Positions 21,474 through 31,294 of a stretch of DNA of 64,000 nt are shown here, one piece after another. Source of the DNA: Cyanobacteria bacterium P01_F01_bin.150. Its GTDB lineage: Bacteria > Cyanobacteriota > Cyanobacteriia > CAKZMO01. Below the pieces are notes generated by a model. The model saw nothing but the letters and a program-made list of their open reading frames with translations. It was not told the DNA's origin and ran no database searches. The stretch is taken from NCBI GenBank assembly GCA_039189765.1, contig JBCCYL010000002.1, positions 117,768 to 181,767 of the forward strand, in the 5' to 3' direction. The first letter of the stretch is position 1, and every line of letters begins with the position of its first letter. Both the position numbers and the translations under genes were made by a program.

Positions 21474-22907
21474 TCAAGAACAGCGATAGTGCTTATCCAA
21501 CTCCAACAGTGTATGTAGCAACACATTAGCGCCGTCAATACAGTGTTCGGGAGACGTGTATTCTTTTTCAGAATGGCTAATGCCATCCTTACTAGGAACA
21601 AAAATCATGCCCATTTCAGTAATATTGGCCATGTTTTGAGCATCGTGGCTGGCGCGACTGGGCAAGCTACAGGTTTCTAGGCTGAGGCGATCGCACACTT
21701 TTGAAATCGCGTTAAAGATATGGGAACTTACGGCTACCGGTTCATTGCGTAGCTGGGGTTTAATTTGAATATCAGTACCGGAGGTAGAGGCGATCGCCGC
21801 CATCTCTTGCTTTAATTCCTCTAATATTTTGTCTAAACAATCGTTGGATAAATCACGGATATCCAAGGTCATCTCCACCCGGCCAGGAATCGTATTGGCC
21901 ACATTCGGAAACAGCTTCATTGCCCCCACCGTTGCCACCTGTTCCCCCGTTAGATGCTCGTCCTGCATTTGCCCAAGCTGATTGACCGCCAACACGACCT
22001 GGGATGCCGCCACTAGTGCATCTTGACGCATAGACATGGGTGTCGTTCCAGCATGACTCGCTTGTCCGTCCACGGTAATAATAAAGCGTCGCTGGCCCAC
22101 AATGCCGGTTACCAGTCCCATGGGATTCTTTGCCGCTTCCAGCACCGGCCCCTGCTCCACATGTAGTTCGATAAACGCAGTAAGACTGCCCCTTTCTCGC
22201 TGAGCCGACCCAAGCTGGTCCCAGTCTCCGCCAATCTGGGCCAGGCTGGGCCGAATTGGCTCGTAGTTGGGATGGTCATAAAATGCTGGGTCGAGATTGG
22301 CGATTCCTGCCATCGCCTTACTACCGATCATTGTTCGCTCTTCATCGGCAAAGATAATCACCTCCAAAGGGTGATCTAAACGCACATTGTTTTCATGGAG
22401 TGTGCGGACCACTTCTAGGCCAACCAACACTCCATAGGTGCCATCGTAAATGCCTGCGTTGGGCACCGTATCCAGATGGGAACCCGTAGCAAGGGCCGGG
22501 GCTTGATCAAATTTGCCTGGGTAGTGGCCAATCATATTACCCGATGCATCAATTCGCACCGTCATCCCTGTTGCTTCCATCCAGTGCTGAAGTCGTGTTC
22601 GCGCCTGTACGTCTTCTGGGCTAAAGGCCAAACGTCGGACACCAGTATTAATTGACTTGCCAGTATTAGGTAAAGCGCCAATGGCACCGATATCAAAGAG
22701 GGTATTTATAAGGCGATCGCCATTCACTCGCAGTGACGATGCAGACGTTGAATCCTGCGCATCCATCAGCCCGTTGAGAGGACTTTCGGGCTGAATCGGC
22801 AGCTCTTCTGGTGCTAATGTCAGTGTCAACTCTGGCACCAAGGTTGACACTGGCATCGAGCTTGAAGTGAGAGAAGCTTGTACTGCTATATTATCCTGCT
22901 GCATCAA
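21474..22907 (-). CDS. Zn-dependent amidohydrolase (M20; allantoate amidohydrolase / N-carbamoyl-amino acid hydrolase family)
   Basis: GSHLDTVP..G.YDG, ELHVEQGP, HAGTTPM, SHDA and GISHS motifs. Confidence 0.9.
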   Translation of the reverse strand: MMQQDNIAVQASLTSSSMPVSTLVPELTLTLAPEELPIQPESPLNGLMDAQDSTSASSLRVNGDRLINTLFDIGAIGALPNTGKSINTGVRRLAFSPEDVQARTRLQHWMEATGMTVRIDASGNMIGHYPGKFDQAPALATGSHLDTVPNAGIYDGTYGVLVGLEVVRTLHENNVRLDHPLEVIIFADEERTMIGSKAMAGIANLDPAFYDHPNYEPIRPSLAQIGGDWDQLGSAQRERGSLTAFIELHVEQGPVLEAAKNPMGLVTGIVGQRRFIITVDGQASHAGTTPMSMRQDALVAASQVVLAVNQLGQMQDEHLTGEQVATVGAMKLFPNVANTIPGRVEMTLDIRDLSNDCLDKILEELKQEMAAIASTSGTDIQIKPQLRNEPVAVSSHIFNAISKVCDRLSLETCSLPSRASHDAQNMANITEMGMIFVPSKDGISHSEKEYTSPEHCIDGANVLLHTLLELDKHYRCS

Positions 22908-23066
22908 TGACTCCTAAAGGCGTTTCCTAAATAAGCAAATTGAATGGTTCAGACAGTTGCACACCCTTCATTTGCCAATCCGCATTAGCCCATTCGACAA
23001 AGCAGAGTGAACACTGCCACTAAGATTGTGAACACGATAGTTTTATTTTTAACTGAGTATATTTGT

Positions 23067-23098
23067 GTAGATGCCTCTACTTCTGTAACGCAGCGTAC
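23067..23098. promoter_or_regulatory. Two tandem NtcA-consensus boxes (GTA-N8-TAC)
   Basis: GTAGATGCCTCTAC at 23067-23080 and GTAACGCAGCGTAC at 23085-23098, in the divergent intergenic region of a nitrogen-catabolic cluster. Confidence 0.6.
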
Positions 23099-23186
23099 AG
23101 CGAACAATTGACATTTCATCACTGCCCTGTGCAAAAATCTGTGTACTGCCGAATATCAGGTTCATGAAAAAAAGGAGCAAAGAATT

Positions 23187-23594
23187 ATGGCTGGGACTGG
23201 AGATAAGGTTGTATTTATCTGTGGGTCTGCACTGCGAGGACAGCCTGATCATGGCAATCTACAATCTGCCGTTTTTATAAAAGAAGCTAAAACAGCCGCC
23301 AATTATCGCCTCCATTCGGTGCAAGACGGTTGGCATCCTGGCATTTACAAAGTGGAAGCAGAGGCGACTAACGGCATTTCCATTCCGGGGGAGCTTTATC
23401 AGCTTACTGCCGAACAGTATGAGTACCTGGTGTCTACGGAGCCGCCCCATATGTACCCAGAAGAGGTCATGTTAGATGATGGGGGAACAGCGATCGCCAT
23501 GCTCTATCCCCAAACGTTAATCCAAGAAAACAACTGGCCCGATATTTCCGATATCGGTGGTTGGGCCGCCTATAAAGCTCAGCTACTAGCATAG
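23187..23594 (+). CDS. Gamma-glutamylcyclotransferase-fold protein resembling the allophanate hydrolase C-terminal domain
   Basis: VFICGSALRGQPDH, TAANYRL, GELY and DIS.IGGW.AY motifs. Confidence 0.7.
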   Translation: MAGTGDKVVFICGSALRGQPDHGNLQSAVFIKEAKTAANYRLHSVQDGWHPGIYKVEAEATNGISIPGELYQLTAEQYEYLVSTEPPHMYPEEVMLDDGGTAIAMLYPQTLIQENNWPDISDIGGWAAYKAQLLA

Positions 23595-23600
23595 AAATAT

Positions 23601-26270
23601 TCAAGAAACATCATTGAAATATTCACAGTTGAGAGATTGATAGATTTCTAGGAATTTAGGCTCATTGCGAATGTTATCTAAATCGCGATCAACAGTAAGA
23701 GCATCTTTAATTTTTTGGGCACCCAGCGCAACAGCTTTTTCAAGGCTTTGCAATGCTAAATCCACTTCTCCCTTCAATGCATAACAGCATGCCTTATTGT
23801 AATAGGGAAGAGGATTTCTGGGTTCAATTGATATGGCCTTTTCATAACTTTCAATCGCTAGCTCATAGTCTTTAAGAGCTACTAGAGTTAGACCTTGATT
23901 ATTCCAAATATCGCAGCATTCAGAATTAGTTAGTATAGCCTTATTATAGCTATCAAGAGCTTCTTCATATTGCATTAGGTGGCGTAAGCTGTTACCTCGG
24001 TTAAACCAAGATTTCCAGGCCTTATCATTCTCCTCATCATTTATAATCGCCTTCTCAAAAGAGATTAGCGCATCCTCATGACGCTGTAGTTTGGCTGAAA
24101 TATAACCTCGATTAAACCAAGCAAGCTTGTTATCTGGATCAATTTCAATAGCTTGATTTAGATAATTTATTGCTACTTCATGATCACCTAAAAATTCAGA
24201 AATAACACAGCCTAAATTATTTAAAGATAGGATATCGTCAGCTTTAATCTGAAGAGCCTTACTATAAAATTGAATTGATTGCTCCATTAACTCAGACTTG
24301 TAACAAAATGTCCCTATGCCATCTCTGTATAGACGATTCACAAGACTTTTATCAACTTTTTTTTCCAACCTTGACATTGTTTCGTCTAGTTGACGAATGG
24401 CTGAATCTTTCCGAGAAGAAGTACAGAACCGTAGTTCAATAAAGAGTAGTAGTACGCCTATTAAGTCTTCCACTTGATCAAACTTAGAAAATAAGTGTTT
24501 AGACAGTAGCTCATAAATCTCATACTTTTTAAGTGCGACCGATCTAAAACTCAAATAATCCTTAATATCAAATACATTGTCTTTCAAAATGGCAGAAACA
24601 GGTTCATAAATAAGCTTAATTTCATCTAAAAAAAGATGTATTTTCTGAGGTAATAAATAGGCGTTAGTTCTATTCTCAACATATATTGAATTAATGACAT
24701 TTAAAAATAGTTCATCTTGTTTAAAGTAGCAAGTTCCAATCCAAAACTCTATATAGATTTTATATACTTCTTTGGTATGACAAAAGACTAAATAGTAAAG
24801 ACTCTCTGCTATTAATTTGCACCAATCATCATCCTCAAAACTATCGGAGATATCTTCAGATTTAGTATCAATTATTTTTTCAGCCTGACTCTTGAGGTAA
24901 GCTGATATTGCCATGTGAATATCACGAAAATCCTTTTGGCTCTCTTGCCATAGAGAACGCCTAAGTATATCCCTTGCGACGTCATTTAAACGATATGATT
25001 TCTCAGAAAATTCAACAAAGCTTTGATCCTTAATCCAATTAAAGGAATCTAATTCTTTTTCATCTTTTATGAATAATGGAATTTCAAAATACCTTGTTAT
25101 CTCTACTAACATCTCACGATTAAACCATCGACAACAAGCTGCAATCTGAATTATTTTTTTCTGAGACTTAGAGTAATGAGAATCTAATATTAAGCTGGCA
25201 ACGATTTCATTCCCGATTGAGAAATCGATTTTTCGTCCTAGAATCAGCTCATCTTTTACCCACTTTAAATAGTAAGGTAATCCTTTCGTTGTTTGAAAAA
25301 TGGTATTAATTTTAGATTTATCCAAGGTATTAACTTGGCTAAGATAGTGCTGAGTCTGTTCTAAATTGAATCTGCTGAGACGAGTTGAATAGATCATCTC
25401 ACTATCCTGCTGCAATTTCCTCCACCCTTTCTTCTCCATGAGTGACAATCTACTAGAAATAATGACAAAAATATTATGTTTTAGTCTTGTAAGAAAAGAG
25501 TTTCTGAGCAAGAAATACAAAGCCCAAATATCAAAATCAGTACCGGCTTTTTCATAAGTATCTAGAGCCAAAACTATTGGGTAATTTTTTGATTTTTTCA
25601 CAAGCACTTGAATAAATGCATGTGTTAGCTCTGACAGTGGACTTTGCAATAGCTTCTGCAATTGCTTATTCTTCTTAGTGGCTTGGTGTCTTTGAAGAAA
25701 CTGCTGAATCCTATCTTTTTCTGAAAGGAGCATTGACGAGCTATCTACAACAAGGTCAGAAACGAGAGTGTGTATCTCATTTGGTAAACTTCCAGGAATA
25801 AAAAAACTACTTGCAAAGCTAGAAGTTTGCTTGACTAACTGCTTGACTATCTTAATCTGATCTGAGTCAACAGAAGATTTTCCCTCAACTGGCTGCATTT
25901 CTAACTGAGTAAGTACCGATTCATACTGATTAATTTTCAGACAAAAAGAATCAGGCTTAGGAAATAATTCTTTGTGTAGGATATTTGGCTTAGGAGCATA
26001 CATCCCTAACTCTTCGTATAATTTTTTCATCAGCTGGATAGGTGTCTCTATCCCTATTTTGGAATCAAAGGAGGTATACAGTACACATGCTTGAGAAGAA
26101 AAGGATTTTTGTATGCGTTTCAAAAGATATGTTTTACCAACTCCACCGACTCCATATACATGAAAAACAAATGGCCTATCTTGTCCATTTTGTTTTTCTA
26201 GGCTTGCCGAAAAAGTATCCAGAAATAGCTGATCTTGATTTCTAAAAACATATAGGGGCTTAGCATTCAT
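23601..26270 (-). CDS. P-loop NTPase (STAND/AAA_16-like) with C-terminal TPR array
   Basis: GVGGVGKT Walker A, LALDTYE Walker B, GLP motif, TPRs (AWFNRG, SWFNRG, YYNKACCYAL); AT-rich. Confidence 0.8.
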   Translation of the reverse strand: MNAKPLYVFRNQDQLFLDTFSASLEKQNGQDRPFVFHVYGVGGVGKTYLLKRIQKSFSSQACVLYTSFDSKIGIETPIQLMKKLYEELGMYAPKPNILHKELFPKPDSFCLKINQYESVLTQLEMQPVEGKSSVDSDQIKIVKQLVKQTSSFASSFFIPGSLPNEIHTLVSDLVVDSSSMLLSEKDRIQQFLQRHQATKKNKQLQKLLQSPLSELTHAFIQVLVKKSKNYPIVLALDTYEKAGTDFDIWALYFLLRNSFLTRLKHNIFVIISSRLSLMEKKGWRKLQQDSEMIYSTRLSRFNLEQTQHYLSQVNTLDKSKINTIFQTTKGLPYYLKWVKDELILGRKIDFSIGNEIVASLILDSHYSKSQKKIIQIAACCRWFNREMLVEITRYFEIPLFIKDEKELDSFNWIKDQSFVEFSEKSYRLNDVARDILRRSLWQESQKDFRDIHMAISAYLKSQAEKIIDTKSEDISDSFEDDDWCKLIAESLYYLVFCHTKEVYKIYIEFWIGTCYFKQDELFLNVINSIYVENRTNAYLLPQKIHLFLDEIKLIYEPVSAILKDNVFDIKDYLSFRSVALKKYEIYELLSKHLFSKFDQVEDLIGVLLLFIELRFCTSSRKDSAIRQLDETMSRLEKKVDKSLVNRLYRDGIGTFCYKSELMEQSIQFYSKALQIKADDILSLNNLGCVISEFLGDHEVAINYLNQAIEIDPDNKLAWFNRGYISAKLQRHEDALISFEKAIINDEENDKAWKSWFNRGNSLRHLMQYEEALDSYNKAILTNSECCDIWNNQGLTLVALKDYELAIESYEKAISIEPRNPLPYYNKACCYALKGEVDLALQSLEKAVALGAQKIKDALTVDRDLDNIRNEPKFLEIYQSLNCEYFNDVS

Positions 26271-26712
26271 GAGAGATCCTTAATGAACTAGTGAGCAAGA
26301 GTTGATGAGAACATAAAAGTTTAGTGTAAGAAACTTATAAGATAAGCTTTATGTAAAGATCCTTTAAGCAGATGACCCTTGTATCTTTTGTGGTTTTTAA
26401 AATTCTCAACAGAATACAATCTAAAATTTTAAAAAACTTAACCTAAGAGGATTTTAATTCTCTTAATGCAGCTTATAAATATATTGATGAATTTTCATCT
26501 CTAAAGTTTTGCGAGTATGTGTAGATATAATTTCAATAGTATATTGATGTGTGTGTAATTGGGTCAGCTTAAATGCCTTAATCTAAATATCCAAACACCT
26601 CATTAAAAGTTCTTACTGAAAAAGAAAAAATTGAAGAAATTGGTGATTGGCTTGAATCATATGTTGCTCCACTAGTAAATTATCATATAAGTTTTCCTGT
26701 GTAGTAAATCAT

Positions 26713-27657
26713 ATGAGATCAAGGTTTTCCTCAGTGTCAAAAAAAATACAGAGTATTATCGGTCGATACATTCGGGTCAAGCCATTGCTCGCGTCATTTT
26801 CCATTGGTGCTACCGTAGCTTTTGCCCCTGTGTTTTTTTCTAGAGCATTGCAAGTTGGTGATAGTGGAGCAGGAGTTACGGAAGTTCAAGTGGCTCTGAC
26901 GAATGCAGGGTATTATTCTGGGCCTATTTCTGGCTTTTATGGGGAGCTTACACAGGCTGCAATATTCAGGTATCAATTAGATAGAGGTCTATTTGTAGAC
27001 GGAATAGCTGGCCCCAACACTTTATCCTCGCTTGGTTTGGATGATTTGGCTGAGAATAGTCGAATTGTTGGAGACTCTTCTAGTATTGATCGCAATAGAG
27101 TTGAAGACTTGCAAAGTAGATTACAAGTTGCAGGCTTCTACAGTGGTCCTATTGATGGTGAATATGGTTCGGCAACACGAGATGCTGTTTTCCAATTTGC
27201 AGAAAGGTATCTATTTACTATTCAAGAAGTAGAAAGAGCGCTTGGGTTGCCTGAAAGTGGTATCTATAGTGAAGAGATAAGGGATGCAATCATATCTTTT
27301 CAGATAGAAGAAGGTCTAGTCGCTGATGGTATTGTTGGTCCTGTAACCCGTGAGCGATTAGCTGCAAGATTAGCAGGTTTTAATCAATCTATTGTCAATG
27401 GCTACAGACCTCAAAGCAAATCTTTAGAGGATGAAATTCGTGAGTTTCAAGAAATGAACCGCCTAGAAGTTGATGGAATTATTGGCCGAGCAACCTTTGG
27501 CAGTCTCATCGAGCAAATTACTCGTTTTTCTGCAAAATCAGAGGAGCGGTTCCCTTCTTGTAACCCTGGCATAGCGTCGGGCAATTCATCTAACGGTGTT
27601 AAAGCCTTTTGCCTTTTCCAAGCAGTTATGCGAGAGGGGGTGCTGGGTATAAGTTAA
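26713..27657 (+). CDS. Protein with multiple peptidoglycan-binding domains
   Basis: Repeated PG_binding_1 motifs (VDGIAGPNT, IDGEYGSAT, ADGIVGPVT, VDGIIGRAT). Confidence 0.85.
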   Translation: MRSRFSSVSKKIQSIIGRYIRVKPLLASFSIGATVAFAPVFFSRALQVGDSGAGVTEVQVALTNAGYYSGPISGFYGELTQAAIFRYQLDRGLFVDGIAGPNTLSSLGLDDLAENSRIVGDSSSIDRNRVEDLQSRLQVAGFYSGPIDGEYGSATRDAVFQFAERYLFTIQEVERALGLPESGIYSEEIRDAIISFQIEEGLVADGIVGPVTRERLAARLAGFNQSIVNGYRPQSKSLEDEIREFQEMNRLEVDGIIGRATFGSLIEQITRFSAKSEERFPSCNPGIASGNSSNGVKAFCLFQAVMREGVLGIS

Positions 27658-27708
27658 GCACAAGAAGGAGTAGCGGATATTACTACATTTCAGATAACTC
27701 TAAGTTGT

Positions 27709-27804
27709 GGTCTTAGGACGCATTTTGTACTGATTAATGATGTGAAGAGTCGAATAGGTCTTAGGACGCATTTTGCACTGATTAATGATGTGAAGAGTCG
27801 AATA
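27709..27804. repeat. 48-bp tandem duplication (2 copies, 1 mismatch)
   Basis: GGTCTTAGGACGCATTTTG(T/C)ACTGATTAATGATGTGAAGAGTCGAATA x2. Confidence 0.9.
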
Positions 27805-28031
27805 ATTGATATTAGATTGATTGCTCTAAAACCCAGGAATTTGTGTAGTGGCAAATTCCTGGGTTTCTATAAATGTGCTCTCTGTTGCTCAGGTAGAGGC
27901 TTTGAATAGTGCAAAAGTAAGGGTGTCAAGAGTGGGTTTTCAGTTATGGCCCAGGCACGAGATTCTAGACTAAATGACAATCTTTTGCTAATGAGTGTTG
28001 ATATTGAGCACCATGAATCAAGATAAACTTA

Positions 28032-29159
28032 TTAAGCTGCCAGTGCAGGATAATCAATATATCCTTCTGGCCCAGGGGTGTAGAAAGTATTTTGATCCGC
28101 TTCATTTAGGGCTGCACCCTGCTTAAATCGCTTTACCAGGTCAGGGTTAGAAATAAAAGGAATGCCATAGGCGATCGCATTCGCTTCCCCATTCCGAATT
28201 GCCGCAGCGCCCAAAGGCGCGTCATAGCCACCGTTCAAAATAATCGGACCGTTAAACTCGCGCTGCATATGAGGCGCAGCGCGCTCAACGCCTTCTACAC
28301 TGAAGAAATGACCCGGCAACGGTTCCATAATATGGAGATAGGCCAGATTAAACCGCCGTAGTTCTTGTGCAGCATAGGTAAATGTAGAAATGGGGGCACT
28401 ATCGTTCATATCGTTAAACGGATTGTAGGGCGATAATCGAACGCCAACGCGGTCATTACTCCATTCCTGCACCACGGCTTCAGTCACTTCCAATAAGAAC
28501 CGAGCACGATTTTCCACCCTGCCACCATACACATCAGTACGCTGGTTTGAGCCATCTCGCAGAAATTGGTCAATCAAATAGCCGTTGGCACCATGAATCT
28601 CTACGCCATCAAATCCAGCCAATTTTGCATTACGAGTTGCCAAAACATACTGTTCAATCACCCCTAGAATTTCATCTAATCTCAGGGCACGAGGGGTTTC
28701 ATGGGGCTTTTTACCACTGGGCGTATGAATTTCACCGGCTGGCCGAATAGCCGAGGCCGATACTGGAAGTTGTCCTCCAGGCTGAAAATCCGGATGAGAT
28801 GCTCGTCCCATATGCCATAGCTGAAGGACAATTTTTCCCCCTTTATGGTGAACCGCTTCGGTCACTGACTTCCATCCTTCCACTTGCTCTGGAGTGTGGA
28901 TGCCAGGACTTTGATTCCAGCCTGCCCCCTGTTCCGATATTTGGGTAGCTTCCGAAATAATCAGACCAGCGCTGGCCCGTTGAGCATAATACTGGCGCAT
29001 CAGATCATTGGGTATACGGGACACTCCCGCACGGCCACGGGTCAGAGGTGCCATAATCATCCGATTGGGAAGGGCGATCGCTCCCATTTGCAGGGGCTGG
29101 AATAGGGCGTCGAGGGAAGAATTAGATGAAGAAGGCGAGGAAGGTGTAGCGATAGACAT
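28032..29159 (-). CDS. Alkene reductase / old yellow enzyme (NemA family)
   Basis: MAPLTRGRA, GLIISEAT, EIHGANGYL and N.RTD.YGG motifs. Confidence 0.93.
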   Translation of the reverse strand: MSIATPSSPSSSNSSLDALFQPLQMGAIALPNRMIMAPLTRGRAGVSRIPNDLMRQYYAQRASAGLIISEATQISEQGAGWNQSPGIHTPEQVEGWKSVTEAVHHKGGKIVLQLWHMGRASHPDFQPGGQLPVSASAIRPAGEIHTPSGKKPHETPRALRLDEILGVIEQYVLATRNAKLAGFDGVEIHGANGYLIDQFLRDGSNQRTDVYGGRVENRARFLLEVTEAVVQEWSNDRVGVRLSPYNPFNDMNDSAPISTFTYAAQELRRFNLAYLHIMEPLPGHFFSVEGVERAAPHMQREFNGPIILNGGYDAPLGAAAIRNGEANAIAYGIPFISNPDLVKRFKQGAALNEADQNTFYTPGPEGYIDYPALAA

Positions 29160-29236
29160 GATGTCCTCCTTTGTTCATTTGTTCAATAATTTCGAACAAT
29201 AGGACTATAGCGTATCCCTATGGCATAATGCAAGGT

Positions 29237-29560
29237 ATGAAACCGCTTTATCATCCAACCACTGATCAAATCACCCTAGCTGGCGTACTTTATGCTCTGG
29301 GAGACCCCGCTCGACTCCATATTGTTGAGCTGCTGGCCGCTGGAGACGAACAGCCTTGCAGCGCCTTTAATTGCAACTTGGCAAAATCGACCGTTTCCCA
29401 TCACTTTAAAATTTTGAGGGAGTCAGGGGTTATTTGTTCTCGTAAGGCAGGCACCCAGCATCTGAATTCACTGCGCCGAGATGACCTGGAGCAGCTGTTT
29501 CCAGGGCTTTTAGATGCTGTTCTTCACAATTGCAGCGTCTCTGCCCAGGAGTCGCCGTAA
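29237..29560 (+). CDS. ArsR/SmtB family HTH regulator, divergent from the alkene reductase
   Basis: LYALGDPARL...KSTVSHHFKILRESG. Confidence 0.88.
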   Translation: MKPLYHPTTDQITLAGVLYALGDPARLHIVELLAAGDEQPCSAFNCNLAKSTVSHHFKILRESGVICSRKAGTQHLNSLRRDDLEQLFPGLLDAVLHNCSVSAQESP

Positions 29561-29731
29561 CCTGAATTGCGCGGCTTACTCGTTCCATGGCAAAGCCTGG
29601 ATTCCTCCTATAACTTTTGGGTCATGCCAGAAACAAAAAAACGATGGTTTCCATGCTGTGAGGAACGCCATCGCTTTGACATTATGGAATTATTGATGCA
29701 CTAGCAAACAAAGGATTGCAGCTGATAGCCG

Positions 29732-29971
29732 CTATGCAACAGGTTGCTTAAATATAGAATCTAAGTAAACGCGAGCCGTACGACGATAGTTGCGAGAAGA
29801 TTCCATCGTATTGGAACCACCGTTTTGCAACAAAAATAATGATAAGGCCGCAGAAAACGCCCGATCTTGGTCCCAATCGGGGTGACCGTCTAAATAGCCT
29901 TTTAAGGAAATATGTAAATCTTCAGGAATTTCAGCCAAGATACTGACAGTTGAGCTCATGAGAAACCTCAC
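29732..29971 (-). CDS. DUF2811 family protein
   Basis: EIPEDLH..LKGYLD.HPDWDQDR.FSAALSLFLLQNG. Confidence 0.85.
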   Translation of the reverse strand: MRFLMSSTVSILAEIPEDLHISLKGYLDGHPDWDQDRAFSAALSLFLLQNGGSNTMESSRNYRRTARVYLDSIFKQPVA

Positions 29972-30277
29972 TAATCGGTTGCGGTTAGATACCCAAACCT
30001 CACGTTAGACATCAGAGCTGTGGGGCAAAATAAGCATCCACAAAAAAGCACGTCACAAGGTTTGTCGCATCATTGTGCGCTATTCAGGGGTGGTATTGTC
30101 AATAGGCATGCTCTCATCAATTTATTTAAGATTGATTTAAGGCTTACAAAGGAATAGGGATTACAGCCATTTTTTTGTGTACAAATATAACAGAAATGCC
30201 TTTTCTCTCATAAAATTGGGCGACTGTTAGAAAACCCCCAGAAAATCAGTCAAACCCTTTTTCTCTCGTTGATCGGC

Positions 30278-30361
30278 TGTGGAAAATTAATAAGGGGCTG
30301 TGGAAAACCTGTTAGTCTTTTGAAAAAGGGTGTGGAAAGGATGTGGAAGAAGTGGGGAAAA
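30278..30361. promoter_or_regulatory. Cluster of DnaA-box-like 9-mers (TTTTCCACA type)
   Basis: TGTGGAAAA at 30278 and 30299; single-mismatch copies at 30331, 30342 and 30353; another TTTTCCACA at 30640. Confidence 0.6.
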
Positions 30362-30960
30362 GCGGCGCAAAAAATAAGAATTGAGAAAGCTGAAAATTTT
30401 GCTTCCCTATCGATATTTGTGTTGATTCGAATGTTCTATTGTACGAGTTTGAATTTGCCTGTAATCGTCTCTAGATAATGGTTTTAGGAGTCTGATGGAT
30501 GTTGGGCCAATTATTAACATTCTTAGCATGTTGAACTGTTAAGCTTTTGCTGGCTTATTTTTTGCTGGTCTATTTTTTGCTGGCTTATTAGAGTACAGCG
30601 GTTGGGAAACGCAGGAGTATCTGAAAGGATTGTTTTCCGTTTTCCACAGGCTCGCGTGCGTACATCCCAGGCAACATGAACAATATTGCAGAGGTAAACG
30701 ATTGGCTGTTTCATGGGGCAACGTTGAGTACGTTGCCGATGTCCGGCAAATGTGACCTTTAGCCACAGCGCTGAAATGAATAAAGACTTTTAAAATATCC
30801 TCCAAAGCATCTTCCCAGCTCGATAGACTTAGAAGAAGTTCGTTTTAGGTGAAACTAAAATAATCTGGTGGTAGTATAGTTGCTCTGTGCCCACACTATT
30901 CACCTAAATGTGGATCGCTCAAAAGTGATATCTGACGTTAACTTAAAATTACATAGATTT

Positions 30961-31290
30961 ATGACAACCTACTACTACATCGCGGCCAGTAAGAAGTTTC
31001 TAGAGGAAGAAGCGCTGCAAAAAGAGGTGCTTAAAGAGCGGAAGCGGAACTATACGGAAAAAGAGAAGGAAATCGACTTTTGGATGGTTGAACAGCCTGC
31101 CTTTTTAGACGCTCCTGAGTTAGCAACCCAAAAGGCGAAATGTCCTCAACCTGCGGCGGCTGTCATATCGACTAATCCAACCTTTATTAACTGGCTAAAA
31201 CTAAGGCTAGAATATGTGCTGAAAGGAAGCTTTGAAGCTCCTTCTGAGCATATTCCAGACCCATTGGCCTCTCTAGCGACTAAGGCATAA
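30961..31290 (+). CDS. ycf54: Ycf54, MgPME cyclase auxiliary protein
   Basis: MTTYYYIAASKKFL...EVLKER.RNY.EK.KEIDFW...WLKLRLEYV. Confidence 0.93.
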   Translation: MTTYYYIAASKKFLEEEALQKEVLKERKRNYTEKEKEIDFWMVEQPAFLDAPELATQKAKCPQPAAAVISTNPTFINWLKLRLEYVLKGSFEAPSEHIPDPLASLATKA

Positions 31291-31294
31291 TGGT

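Noticed and set aside
26400..26700. Possible decayed gene (KVLTEKEKIEEIGDWLESYVAP-like fragment)
   Set aside because: Too short and interrupted to assign without a search
27709..27804. Possible CRISPR array
   Set aside because: Two directly abutting 48-bp copies with no spacer and no cas genes; a simple tandem duplication
30269..30805. Short ORFs between the DUF2811 gene and ycf54
   Set aside because: They translate DnaA-box-like and 15-bp repeats and have no recognisable protein features
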